From Thermodesulfobacteriota bacterium (lineage in GTDB: Bacteria; Desulfobacterota_D; UBA1144; Nemesobacterales; UBA2774): a stretch of DNA of 64,000 bases. Below are positions 1 to 10,547 of the stretch, in pieces. Made by a program: the position numbers and the translations under genes. Numbering within the stretch: position 1 is the stretch's first letter; each line of letters opens with the position of its first letter. The stretch lies in assembly GCA_963422265.1 (NCBI GenBank), contig OY729416.1:960001-1024000 (forward strand). The letters are read 5' to 3'. A model generated the notes under the pieces. The model searched no databases. It was not told where the DNA came from and was given only the letters and a program-made list of their open reading frames with translations.

Positions 1-1990
1 TTACGTTCGCTACACTTGCTGTAGCAGCAGAGGTGAGGGATTCCGATGTCCCACCAGCGTCCGTCCAACTCACTACTACTGTGATCACAGAACCGACGTC
101 CGCCTGTGTCAGAATGTAGGTGCTACTGGTCGCCCCGCTGATGTCAGTCCCACCCCGCTTCCATTGATAGCTGAACGTCAGATTACTCGGACCGTCTGGG
201 TCAACAATCGTGCTGGTATCCGCGGTCAGTGTCTGGCCCTGGGTTGCCGTCCCCGTAATGGTTACCGCACCAGTCGGCAAGTCGTTTACGTTCGCTACAC
301 TTGCTGTAGCAGCAGAGGTGAGGGTCTCCGCAGTGCCGCCCCCGTCAGTCCAGCTCACAGTGACGGTGATTGCCGCCCCGACGTCCGCCTGTGTCAGAAT
401 GTAGGTGCTACTGGTCGCCCCGCTGATGTCAGTCCCACCCCGCTTCCATTGATAGCTGAACGTCAGATTACTCGGGCCGTCTGGATCAACGATCGTGCTG
501 GTATCCGCGGTCAGTGTCTGGCCCTGGGTCGCCGTGCCGGTGATGGTGACTGCACCAGTCGGCGAGTCGTTTACGTTCGCTACACTTGCTGTAGCAGCAG
601 AGGTAAGAGTCTCCACTGTACTACCGCTGTCCGTCCAACTCACGGTGACGGTGATGACAGACCCGACGTCTGCCTGTGTCAGAACGTAGGTGCTACTGGT
701 CGCCCCACTGATGTCAGTCCCACCTCGCTTCCACTGATAGCTGAACGTCAGACTACTCGGACCGTCAGGGTCGGAGATGCCGGAGGTATCCGCGGTCAGT
801 GTCTGGCCCTGGTTTGGGGTGCCGGTGATGGTGACGCTGCCGGTCGGTGGGTCGTTAGCGTTGGTTACGCTCGCTGTCGCAGTCGAGGTAAGAGTTTCGG
901 CAGCACCGCCGCTGTCGGTCCAGCTCACTACTACTGTGATCGCAGAACCTACGTCTGCCTGTTTCAGAACGTAGGTGTTACTGGTCGCCCCACTGATGTC
1001 AGTCCCACCTCGCTTCCATTGGTAGCTGAAGGTCAGACTGCTCGGGCCGTCAGGGTCGGAGACGCCGGAGGTGTCCGCAGTCAGTGTCTGGCCCTGGGTC
1101 GCCGTGCCGGTGATGGTTACCGCACCAGTCGGCGGATCGTTAGCGTTGGTTACACTTGCTGTCGCAACAGAGGTGAGAGATTCCGCCGTGCCGCCCCCGT
1201 CGGTCCAACTCACTACTACTGTGATCGCAGAACCTACGTCCGCCTGTGTCAGAACGTAGGTGTTACTGGTCGCCCCACTGATGTCAGTCCCACCTCGCTT
1301 CCATTGGTAGCTAAATACCAAATTACTCGGCCCGTCCGGGTCGGAGATCGCGCTGGTCACCGCGGTCAGTGTCTGGCCCTGGGTCGCCGTCCCGGTGATG
1401 GTTACCGAACCCGTCGGCGAGTCGTTTAGGTTCGCTACGTTCGCTGTCGCCGCCGAGGTGAGGGTCTCCACGATGCTGCCGCTGTCCGTCCAACTCACTA
1501 CTACTGTGATGACAGAACCTACGTCCGCCTGTTTCAGAACGTAGGTTCTACTGGTCGCCCCGCTGATGTCAGTCCCACCTCGCTTCCATTGGTAGCTGAA
1601 GGTTAGACTGGCCGGGCCGTCCGGGTCGGAGATCGCGCTGGTCACCGCGGTCAGTGTCTGGCCCTGGGTCGCCGTCCCGGTGATGGTGACTGCCCCGGTC
1701 GGTGAGTCGTTTAGGTTCGCTACGTTCGCGGTCGTAGCAGAGGTAAGAGTTTCGGCAGTGCCGCCATCATCGGTCCAGCTCACGGTGACGCTGATGGCCG
1801 ACCCGACGTCGGCTTGCGTCAGGGTATACGACGCCTGGTTGGCGCCGCTGATGGCGGTGCCATCGCGTTTCCATTGGTAGGTGAAGGTTAGATTACTCGG
1901 ACCGTCAGGGTCAACGATCGTGCTGGTATCCGCTGTAAGCGTCTGCCCCTGCGTCATCGTACCCATGATGGTTACCAAACCAGTCAGGGT
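1..1990 (-). repeat. Tandem 285-bp (95-aa) intragenic repeats, ~7 copies visible
   Basis: Motif tgtgtcagaa(t/c)gtaggtg.tactggtcgcccc recurs at ~105, 390, 675, 960, 1245 and 1530, with a diverged copy at ~1815. Confidence 0.95.
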
Positions 1991-3605
1991 GACGACCACG
2001 AAATCGGACTCCACCCCCGTAACACTGCCGGCCACCGCACGGATGCGAAATCTATATATAGTGCCGTTGGTCAGACCCGTCACCGTGTGTGTGATCGGGT
2101 CCTTCCCACTCCCCGATATGTCAACCCAGTTGCCAGGGTTAGGCTCGGTATTGCCAGTCCACTGCTTATACTGATACTTGGTGATGACGGGATTGTTCGG
2201 ATCACTCCAGCTTAACGTTACTTCACCATCACCGGTACTGGCACTGAGGTCGGGCTTGCCTGGGACCACCATGGGGATCACTACTGCGGTGTAAGGGGAC
2301 TGCGACCCCGTAACACTGCCGGCCACCGCCCGAATACGGAAACTATACTCAACGCCGTTGGTCAGACCCGTCACCCCGTAGCGAACAGTGTCCTTATCAC
2401 TGGGATTAATGTCCACCCAATTACCCCAACTGCCTCGCTCGCCACCGCCCGTCCATTGCCTGATCTGATATTTGGTGATGTCGGCGTTATTTGGATTATT
2501 CCAGCTTAACGCTATTTCACCGTCACCTGCCACTACCTTGGGGCGGGTGGGACTTCTTGGAGGCGCGGCCACCGGCGTCGCCCGGACAACATTCGACTCC
2601 GTTACTACAACGCCGTTGGTCAACCCGCGAATACGGAAGCTATACGTCACGCTGTTGGTCAGACCCGTCACCCTGTATTCAATGAGCGTGGTTGATATGG
2701 TGGCTGAAATATCGCGCCAATCCCCCGTCTCGCTACTGCCCGTCCATTGCCTGATCTGGTACTTGGTGATGGTGGTATCCTTCTGATCAGACAGATTCGG
2801 ATCACGCCAGATCAGCTCGATTTGTTTGTACCGGGCCTGCGCACTGATTTTAGTAGGCGCTGCCTGTACCGGCGGTGCCGCTACCAGCTTGACAACGGTG
2901 ACAGTGGACGCCGGCCCATAGGCGGCGGGCCCATGGGCATAGTCGCCAGCCACGGCCCGAATGCGGAAGTAGTATTTGACGCCGGTGGGTAAACCGGTCA
3001 CTACGTGGCTGATGGTGTCTTTGTCGCTGCCCGGGATGTCGCCCCAGTCATTCCAGTCGCCGGTCTTGCTCCCGTCTTGTGCAGTCCGTACGTCGCGTCG
3101 CCGGATCTGGTATTTGATGATGTCAGTATTGTTGGGATTACTCCAGTTTAACGTTATTTGTCTGTCGCCGGGTACCGGTGGTACCACGGTGACGTTAGGC
3201 CTTGCGGTAGGCGCGGTCGGAATGGGCCCGGGGGTCACGGTAATAACGTCGGACGGCGCTCCTGTAACATTGCCGGCGGCTACCGCACGAATGCGGAAGT
3301 GATACTTAACACCGTCACGCAGACCCCGCACCGAGACGCTCTGCGCGCTAATAGTACCTGCAAAGTTAAACCAGCCAAACGGCTCGGTATCGCCATCAAT
3401 CCATTGCTTATACTGATACTTGGTGATGGCGGCATTATCCGGATTATCCCAGCGGAACTTTACCTGACGGATGCTCGCCACCGCCTTGAGACCAGTGAGC
3501 TTAGTGGGGGGGGGGGGCTACCTGCGCCTGAACAACGGCGGGCAGCAACAGAAACAGAGCGACAGCAACACCAAGTAAAGAGAGAGAAAGAAGACGTTGC
3601 ATCAT
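1..3605 (-). CDS. Large secreted repeat protein/adhesin (signal peptide, ~5 FN3-like domains, tandem 95-aa Ig-like repeats); 3' end outside window; frameshifted at C12 tract as assembled
   Basis: Manual translation from ATG 3605 gives MMQRLLSLSLLGVAVALFLLLPAVVQA|QVAPPPH*. Removing one C from the tract at 3506-3517 joins it to TKLTGLKAVASIRQVKFRWDNPDNAAITKYQYKQW (FN3-like). The repeats AVTITGTATQGQTLTADTS..FSYQWKRGGTDISGATSSTY.LTQADVG are in that same frame. The track lists no closed minus ORF here, consistent with a frame running off the window. Confidence 0.85.
3506..3517 (-). repeat. C12 homopolymer (coding strand) just after the signal peptide
   Basis: 12 G on the + strand; C11 or C14 restores the frame. 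Confidence 0.9.
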
Positions 3606-3614
3606 ATCTCTTTC

Positions 3615-3635
3615 GGGGGGGGGGGGGGGGGGGGG
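3615..3635 (-). repeat. C21 homopolymer 9 nt upstream of the adhesin start codon
   Basis: 21 G on the + strand. Confidence 0.9.
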
Positions 3636-3803
3636 TAACTTTTATAATCATAATACCTTTCACTTTAATAACTTTCTAATGTCTTTGTCAACAGGACACC
3701 CCTTTTCTAAAGGAGGAAACAAATGGGGTGCATGACCGGACTTTAACTAATGACGTGGTTTTAGCAAAGAACGGAGTGATAACTCGTTCTACAACCCCAT
3801 TTC

Positions 3804-3831
3804 TGGATTCCCGCCCCCGAGCGGGAATGAC
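3804..3831. repeat. REP-like palindrome
   Basis: Intergenic 8-bp stem attcccgc-ccccga-gcgggaat. Confidence 0.55.
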
Positions 3832-3889
3832 GGATGGGGGAATAGATACCTGTTCAAGGTAGTAATGACAAAGGACGCGACCCTACGCA

Positions 3890-4669
3890 TCACATAACAG
3901 GCTTAATCGCTGAGAAAAATATACGTTGGTAAATATAGAAGATTGGACTTTTGGGATATAACTTGCGAAGTTCCTCACGGTATCTATCTACAAATTTCTC
4001 ATGTAACTCATCGGGCAAACGCTCAAAGTAAGGTAAAAAGGCAGTGCCTGAAAGCCAGTCTATTATCGAATCAACGTCTTTAAGAACGTGAATATAAACC
4101 TTTTCAAATACGTCTATATTCGTGGCTTGGCACTCATACAGCAATCTAGCATACTGCCCTGTAGATAGCACGGACAAACCCCTCTGCCAACCATCTAAAG
4201 CCCCCTTATAAGGCTTTTCATTAGCAACTTGAGCAATTAACCTTTGGGTTGGATGGTTATGATTAGCGGGAAGCTGCACTGCAATCTGCCCCCCACTATG
4301 AAGTAATGAAAACAGCCTTGGTATTAACTCGTTATGGTTTTCCACCCATTGTATCGCCGCGTTTGAGAATATCAGATCCCACCGACCTGATAACTCTTGA
4401 ATTGAAAGCAACTTAAAATCAAGCCCGCGGTGCTTTCTCTCGCTCGCCCCCTCAAGCATGTTAGGGGAGGTATCAATGCCAAGCACCTTGCTATTGGGGA
4501 GTATATTTGAAACCAATTCGGTCAACTCGCCAGTGCCGCAGCCTAAATCTATCGCGTTTAAACCTTCTCTGATCAAGATTAGGTTAATCAAGTCTTGAAA
4601 AGGCGCGAACCGCTCTTTCTGAAATTTATGATACAATGCAGGATTCCATGACATTTGACTCTGCGACAT
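3890..4669 (-). CDS. tam: Trans-aconitate 2-methyltransferase-like SAM methyltransferase
   Basis: WNPALY..F..ER.APF.DL, DLGCGTG and DLIFSNAAIQWV..H motifs. Confidence 0.8.
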   Translation of the reverse strand: MSQSQMSWNPALYHKFQKERFAPFQDLINLILIREGLNAIDLGCGTGELTELVSNILPNSKVLGIDTSPNMLEGASERKHRGLDFKLLSIQELSGRWDLIFSNAAIQWVENHNELIPRLFSLLHSGGQIAVQLPANHNHPTQRLIAQVANEKPYKGALDGWQRGLSVLSTGQYARLLYECQATNIDVFEKVYIHVLKDVDSIIDWLSGTAFLPYFERLPDELHEKFVDRYREELRKLYPKSPIFYIYQRIFFSAIKPVM

Positions 4670-4783
4670 TAGGCTCTACCGATCCTAAGTAGAGGGACAA
4701 ACCCACAGGTTTTCTCCTCATCTACGGATTTCTTTGGGGGAGACATTGCCCTATGTTATAATGTAACATCTCACCAAAATTCT

Positions 4784-5248
4784 ATGAGGTTCAAGGGAAT
4801 GAAAATAGCTGTCGGCAGCGACGAGAAAAATCATCTTACTGATTTTGTAATTGAAGAACTTAGAAAAAGGGGACTTGACCTAGAGCTTCACGGACCATTA
4901 AAGGGAAAGAATATTGAATGGACGGAAGTAGCTCAGAACGTTGCGGAGAGGGTCGCAGAGAGGGCTTGCCATCAGGGCATGCTGTTTTGCTGGACAGGAA
5001 CGGGGGTGAGCATAGCAGCAAACAAGGTGCCCGGCATAAGAGCTGCTTTATGCTGCGACGCCCGGACGGCGGAAGGCGCAAGGAAATGGAACGACGCAAA
5101 CGTGCTTGCTATGAGTCTTAGGACAACTTCACCCACTGTGGCTAAGGAAATAATAGACGCATGGTTTCGCTCGACCCCTGATGAGGACGAAAGATGTAAC
5201 ATTGATAAAGTCAGTGAGATTGAGAATAAGTACTGTGGAAACGCCTAA
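4784..5248 (+). CDS. RpiB/LacA/LacB family sugar-phosphate isomerase
   Basis: KIAVGSD, CWTGTGVSIAANKVPGIRAA, WNDANVL. Confidence 0.9.
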   Translation: MRFKGMKIAVGSDEKNHLTDFVIEELRKRGLDLELHGPLKGKNIEWTEVAQNVAERVAERACHQGMLFCWTGTGVSIAANKVPGIRAALCCDARTAEGARKWNDANVLAMSLRTTSPTVAKEIIDAWFRSTPDEDERCNIDKVSEIENKYCGNA

Positions 5249-6300
5249 TGGTTTTGGCTAAGAATTCGGAGGAGAGGATGAAAAGCAAGGGGTATAACGT
5301 CGCTATAGTTGGAGCTACAGGGGCGGTAGGCCAGGAGATCATAGACATAATTAGGGAAAGGGATTTTCCAATAAACGAGATCAGGTTGCTTGCCTCTAAA
5401 AGATCAGCAGGTAAAAAACTAGAATTTAAGAACGATAGTATCCCCGTCCTGGAGCTCGATGAGAACTCTTTTTCAAATATAGACCTTGCCCTATTTTCCG
5501 CCGGGGGAGCAACAAGTAAACAATTCGCCCCGATTGCATCGGACAAAGGTGCCGTCGTCGTGGATAATAGCTCGGCTTTTCGTATGGAAAAAGACGTGCC
5601 TCTGGTTATACCGGAAATCAACCCTAGTTCACTAGCAGGATATAAAAACAAGGGAATCGTAGCCAACCCAAATTGCACAACGGCAATCGTCGTAATGGCC
5701 CTTAAACCCCTCCACGACGTAGCCAAGATCAAGCGCGTTATAGCGTCAAGCTATCAAGCCGTATCAGGCGCAGGTGCTCAAGCTATTGAAGAGCTTAGAA
5801 ACCAAACTTCGGCATTGATAAACTCGGGTGAAATAAGAACTGAAGCTTTCCCACGCCAAATTGCGTTTAATCTGCTGCCCCACATAGACAGCTTCCTTGA
5901 AAATGGCTATACAAAGGAGGAAATGAAACTTCATGACGAGACTAGAAAAATACTTGAAGACGACTCTATCTCGGTAACCGCAACCACGGTTAGAGTGCCT
6001 GTTTTTAGAGCTCACTCTATATCAGTTAACGTTGAGACAGAAGTGCCTATATCCGTAACCGAGGCAAAAGACGCGCTAAACAATTTTCAGGGCGTGCGGG
6101 TTGTTGATGATCCGCAGAATTTCAAATACCCTACACCTATTGACGCATCCGGAGTGGATGATTGCTTAGTCGGTAGAATTAGGACAGATTACACAGTGCC
6201 TTCGGGGCTTAGCTTTTGGGTCGTTGGAGACCAGTTGAGAAAAGGCGCCGCCCTCAATGCTGTTCAGATTGCAGAGCTGCTAATAAAAGACTACTTATGA
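5248..6300 (+). CDS. asd: Aspartate-semialdehyde dehydrogenase (alternative start 5278)
   Basis: VGATGAVG, NPNCTT, SYQAVSGAG, DQLRKGAALNAVQIAE. Confidence 0.97.
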   Translation: MVLAKNSEERMKSKGYNVAIVGATGAVGQEIIDIIRERDFPINEIRLLASKRSAGKKLEFKNDSIPVLELDENSFSNIDLALFSAGGATSKQFAPIASDKGAVVVDNSSAFRMEKDVPLVIPEINPSSLAGYKNKGIVANPNCTTAIVVMALKPLHDVAKIKRVIASSYQAVSGAGAQAIEELRNQTSALINSGEIRTEAFPRQIAFNLLPHIDSFLENGYTKEEMKLHDETRKILEDDSISVTATTVRVPVFRAHSISVNVETEVPISVTEAKDALNNFQGVRVVDDPQNFKYPTPIDASGVDDCLVGRIRTDYTVPSGLSFWVVGDQLRKGAALNAVQIAELLIKDYL

Positions 6301-6845
6301 TGCGAATAACTGACCTTATAAAAAACGCTTTTAGCCCTCTTGTCACCCGCAATTACACGGAGCTTCCCAATAAGGTAAAGGCAGGAGTTGATAAATATCT
6401 GACGGATGGCGAGGTAATTTTGCTTACGCTTCGCAACCATAGGGCTATACACAAAGCACCTATATGGCTTGATAGTAATACTTTTTTTAACTCTTGGTTT
6501 ATCCTTACGAACTATAGGATTATCATTGCTAGAAGCTCCTCAGAATTCAAACGGTTTAGGGACATACCCCTTAACGAAATCTCGCAGATATCCTATGAGT
6601 TAGATAACCAGGATCCTAAAATTTCAATAACGTCCCCCGGTAAGGAAGACGTAATAGAGTTCACAAAAGGAGCATCTTTGCACTGTGAAGGCATGGATAC
6701 GAAACTAAATGAAGCCATGAGGGACGCAAAGAAATTACGAAATCCCTCAACTAAAGATTCCGTCGTATGTAACAAATGCGCCAGCAAAATACCGAGCACG
6801 AGCAAGTTCTGCCCCGAATGTGGATCTAGAATAGGGAGTTTCTAA
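6297..6845 (+). CDS. Hypothetical protein with PH-like domain and C-terminal zinc ribbon
   Basis: ATGA overlap with the asd stop; ILTNYRII..IPLNEI; CNKC...FCPECG. Confidence 0.7.
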   Translation: MMRITDLIKNAFSPLVTRNYTELPNKVKAGVDKYLTDGEVILLTLRNHRAIHKAPIWLDSNTFFNSWFILTNYRIIIARSSSEFKRFRDIPLNEISQISYELDNQDPKISITSPGKEDVIEFTKGASLHCEGMDTKLNEAMRDAKKLRNPSTKDSVVCNKCASKIPSTSKFCPECGSRIGSF

Positions 6846-6967
6846 ACAAACGCATTGACGTCCCATAGACCCTATATTTCTTGATTTGCTATAATGCTTA
6901 AATATAATGAAGTTAAGCTCTTGAAATCACTTCCCCAACCACGATTGGGAAAAGAGGAGGTCTCTAG

Positions 6968-7846
6968 ATGATTCACGGATCCCTTGTCGCCATAGTAACG
7001 CCGTTTAAGAATGGAGAAATTGACGAAGACGCTCTAAGAAATCTAATAGAATTTCAGATTGAAAATGGAACACACGGAATAGTGCCATGCGGCACAACGG
7101 GGGAATCTCCCACGCTATCCCATGAAGAGCATGAATACGTTATTGACATTACTGTCAACACGGTCAACAAAAGAGTGCCTGTAATAGCGGGAACAGGTTC
7201 TAACAGCACTAAAGAAGCCATAAGGCTTACCCGTTTCGCGGAAAAAGCAGGGGTAGATGGATCGCTTTTAGTAACACCCTATTACAACAAACCTACGCAA
7301 GAGGGGCTTTACCTACACTTTAAGCAAATCGCTTCACAGGTAGATATACCGATCATACTATACAACATACCTGGAAGATCCGTGGTCAATATATTGCCTG
7401 AGACGATGGCAAAACTAGCGCGCGACTGTAGCAATATAGTAGGGGTTAAAGAAGCCTCAGGATCTCTCCCTCAGGCAGGCAGGATTATTCAACTTTGCGG
7501 CGAAGATTTCATAGTGCTGTCCGGAGAAGACTCAATTAATTTCCCACTTCTCGCCGTGGGAGCTAGGGGATTTATCACTGTAACGGCAAATATAGTGCCA
7601 AAAGACGTAGCGAACCTCTATAACCTATTTAATGAGGGCAAGTTTGAACTGGCGAGAGAGATTCATTATAAGCTTCTCCCGTTAAACGAAGCGCTATTTC
7701 TTGAGACAAACCCGATTCCAGTAAAGGCAGCCCTTAGCATGATGGGTAAGGTCAATTATGAATACAGGTATCCCCTTTGCCAAATGTCGGAAAAGAACTA
7801 CAAAGGGCTTAAAAAGGCGCTATCAAATTATGGAATAATAAACTGA
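6968..7846 (+). CDS. dapA: 4-hydroxy-tetrahydrodipicolinate synthase
   Basis: GTTGESPTL, PYYNKP, LYNIPGR, GVKEA. Confidence 0.97.
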   Translation: MIHGSLVAIVTPFKNGEIDEDALRNLIEFQIENGTHGIVPCGTTGESPTLSHEEHEYVIDITVNTVNKRVPVIAGTGSNSTKEAIRLTRFAEKAGVDGSLLVTPYYNKPTQEGLYLHFKQIASQVDIPIILYNIPGRSVVNILPETMAKLARDCSNIVGVKEASGSLPQAGRIIQLCGEDFIVLSGEDSINFPLLAVGARGFITVTANIVPKDVANLYNLFNEGKFELAREIHYKLLPLNEALFLETNPIPVKAALSMMGKVNYEYRYPLCQMSEKNYKGLKKALSNYGIIN

Positions 7847-7901
7847 AGGGTCTTTAACCCACGCCTAGAAGCGTGATTAGCAACTGGGCTTGGGAAGTTA
7901 A

Positions 7902-8531
7902 ATGAGTCCCCCCAATCTAATATACGAACAGGAATTATGGGCTTTAGGACAAATCCCCGCTGGAGTAGATGAAGCGGGTAGAGGACCCCTTGCGGGCCCA
8001 GTCGTTGCCGCGTCCGTAATTCTACCTAAAGACGTTAAAATCCGCGGGATTGATGACTCCAAAAAACTATCTGATGGGAAGAGAAGGCTTATATTTGAGG
8101 AAATCAAAAAAACCGCCCTCTCAATCGCAGTTGGGATTGTAGATTCTGAAGAGATAGATAAAACGAATATACTCAGGGCTGCTCTCCTAGCTATGGAGAT
8201 AGCCGTTCAGAAGTTGGGTAAGACGCCAGACTACCTCCTTATTGACGGCAATCAAAAGACATCTCTGACAATACCTCAGAAGGCAATACCAAAGGGCGAC
8301 TCTAAATCTTCTTCAATAGCGGCCGCATCTATAGTCGCTAAGGTTACAAGAGATAACATCATGGAGGAATACCACCTCGCTTACCCCAAATATAACTTTA
8401 AGAGGCACAAGGGCTATCCGACGAAAGAGCACCTGGAATCGATAAAAATACTCGGACCCTGCCCTATACATAGGAGAAGCTTTAGAGGCGTTATTCAGGC
8501 GGTTGAATCGCAGTGGCGGACTCAATCGTAA
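7902..8531 (+). CDS. rnhB: Ribonuclease HII
   Basis: [41 protein letters not shown]. Confidence 0.97.
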   Translation: MSPPNLIYEQELWALGQIPAGVDEAGRGPLAGPVVAASVILPKDVKIRGIDDSKKLSDGKRRLIFEEIKKTALSIAVGIVDSEEIDKTNILRAALLAMEIAVQKLGKTPDYLLIDGNQKTSLTIPQKAIPKGDSKSSSIAAASIVAKVTRDNIMEEYHLAYPKYNFKRHKGYPTKEHLESIKILGPCPIHRRSFRGVIQAVESQWRTQS

Positions 8532-9273
8532 TGGTTTCCCGCGGCACGTCGCCGGATCCGGTGCTCACCCTCGCAATCTCATCTACCACTTCCATTCCTT
8601 CTACAACTCTCCCGAACACCGCGTAGCCATAGTCTCTAGTACCATGATCTAAAAATCCATTGTCGGCGTGATTTATAAAAAACTGCGAAGTAGCGCTGTC
8701 AACTACACCCGTGCGCGCCATTGCTATAGTTCCTCTTTCATTTTTAAGCCCGTTGTTAGCCTCGTTTTTAATGGGCTCCCTAGTTGGCTTCTGCCTCATA
8801 TCGCTGGTCATGCCACCACCCTGTATCATAAAATTGTTGATAACACGATGGAAAATCGTTCCGTCATAAAAACCGTCCTCAACATAAGCCAGGAAATTAT
8901 CCACTGTAACGGGGGATTCATCCTTGTAAAGCTCAAATTTAATGTTGCCCTTTGAGGTTTTTAGTATAACCATCTTAGTGCCGCCTCCTTTATCTCCTTT
9001 CTCATTCTGGCTCTTCTGCTGGTTCTGATTCCTTTGTTTCTTGTTATCCTGATCCACCCTATTACGGTTGCAGCCTAAGACAAAGACCATAATGGGTATT
9101 AGCACCAATACGATAATAAACTTAACGACCTTAGAGCATACGACGTATCTCACTGTGAAATACCTCCCTGATACTACACTTGTGCTCAATAACCTATAGC
9201 GATACTGACCAAGTGTCAATAAACCGTCAGGCATCGTAAGGAATGATGGGAAACGCTTCCGCGTAATTTGCAT
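8491..9273 (-). CDS. Cyclophilin-type peptidyl-prolyl isomerase, probably with lipoprotein-like N-terminus (true start likely downstream of 9273)
   Basis: [37 protein letters not shown]; hydrophobic stretch ending VLGC. Confidence 0.9.
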   Translation of the reverse strand: MQITRKRFPSFLTMPDGLLTLGQYRYRLLSTSVVSGRYFTVRYVVCSKVVKFIIVLVLIPIMVFVLGCNRNRVDQDNKKQRNQNQQKSQNEKGDKGGGTKMVILKTSKGNIKFELYKDESPVTVDNFLAYVEDGFYDGTIFHRVINNFMIQGGGMTSDMRQKPTREPIKNEANNGLKNERGTIAMARTGVVDSATSQFFINHADNGFLDHGTRDYGYAVFGRVVEGMEVVDEIARVSTGSGDVPRETITIESATAIQPPE

Positions 9274-9408
9274 AGTTACGCGTATTTTTTTACTTTAATT
9301 CTATACAATTTTATGTATCATACTGTGCTGTTCTTAATGGTAGTAGATTAAATTTGAATTTAGATTGTCTATTGTTTGAATCTTAGATTGTCTATTGGAG
9401 GTGTTAAT

Positions 9409-9798
9409 ATGAAGCTTTTATCTTTTGTTTTTATAATTCTTGTTTCTTTATCTTCTTGCGCTGAAAGGCCTATAGATCCTGTTTCTAAAGGTGTTGGGGT
9501 TGGTTCCGCCGTAGGAGCCGCCGCTGGAGCTATACTTGACAAGGAGAATAGATGGCGGGGTGGCGTAATTGGTGGCGCTCTTGGCGCTATTTTCGGGGGC
9601 GCTATGTCTGACATAGCTGTCCGCGCTTCTACTGAGGCTGCGAGAGAGAATCGCACTGTAGTTTATGAATCAAATGATGGTTTTCGTAGGGTGGAAGCTA
9701 CTCCTGAGACTGTAAAGAACAATTGCACTATAGTTCGTGAGAAAACTTACTCTGACGGAGAGCTGGTATCCGATACAACTCGTGAGGTTTGCTCATAA
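9409..9798 (+). CDS. Glycine-zipper lipoprotein
   Basis: GGAGG RBS, lipobox LSSC, GVGVGSAVGAAAGA..GGVIGGALGAIFG. Confidence 0.85.
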   Translation: MKLLSFVFIILVSLSSCAERPIDPVSKGVGVGSAVGAAAGAILDKENRWRGGVIGGALGAIFGGAMSDIAVRASTEAARENRTVVYESNDGFRRVEATPETVKNNCTIVREKTYSDGELVSDTTREVCS

Positions 9799-9909
9799 CC
9801 CCCTCCCCCGATAGCCGCGCAGGCATCAGGAAGATAGTCTTGCATCACGGGTTATATCCGATATAGTGATACGCTTCACTTCTCATACGCCGGCTTAGGA
9901 TTAGGCCGG

Positions 9910-10269
9910 CTATGACTCCGTTTTTGGCTTTGATAATGCTTTGAGGGATCCGAGCGATTTTTGCGTGTTCTCGTGAAGAAGCCTGAGCTTTTCTTCGCAC
10001 ACAGCTACATCATCCTCAATAGCGTTAATCTGGCCGCATTTTTCCAGAATGGAACCCTCGTTTATCCTTCCCGCATGCTTAAAAGTCCTATAAATAGCGC
10101 TGCCCATTTCCAGAGTTGCATCTGCTTTCTTTTTTCTTAAACGCCTTATCTCATTTTTTATCTTTAAGCCATCGTAGGCTTCCCTTGATCGTATATGGAC
10201 GATTCTTAGCCCCTTGTTCACCTCGCCTCTCAGTCTCGTCAAGAAGTCCCTGGTATCTATCTCAGTCAT
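9910..10269 (-). CDS. Hypothetical coiled-coil protein
   Basis: 119-aa ORF with GGAGG RBS. Confidence 0.65.
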   Translation of the reverse strand: MTEIDTRDFLTRLRGEVNKGLRIVHIRSREAYDGLKIKNEIRRLRKKKADATLEMGSAIYRTFKHAGRINEGSILEKCGQINAIEDDVAVCEEKLRLLHENTQKSLGSLKALSKPKTES

Positions 10270-10547
10270 TGCACCTCCCCTGTGATTGGATTCTAATTAG
10301 CCGCGACATATTAGGCCTGGTCTTGGTAAAAAAGCCACTTGGGTTAATAAAGAAATCTGCAGATTACGGCTCCCTTTGCAAGCTCAGAGACTATGCCTGG
10401 TAATTGTCATACTGAACCAAGCCCATAGCGACAGAGGTCTACCTTTGGGTATAATACATTCTCTTTTTACATACTCAAAATTTTAAACCCTATTAAGACG
10501 CGTTAGCACGTAGTCAGTGCAAGTTTTCCAAAAAACCAGGAGGCAGG

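Noticed and set aside
1-1990. CRISPR array
   Set aside because: Repeats are contiguous 285-bp coding units with no spacers, and there are no cas genes.
164-3679. Plus-strand ORFs in the track (421 aa and many of 60-170 aa)
   Set aside because: Antisense shadows of the repetitive minus-strand adhesin frame.
8491-8531. Convergent 41-nt overlap of rnhB and the cyclophilin gene
   Set aside because: Short tail-to-tail overlaps are common in compact genomes.
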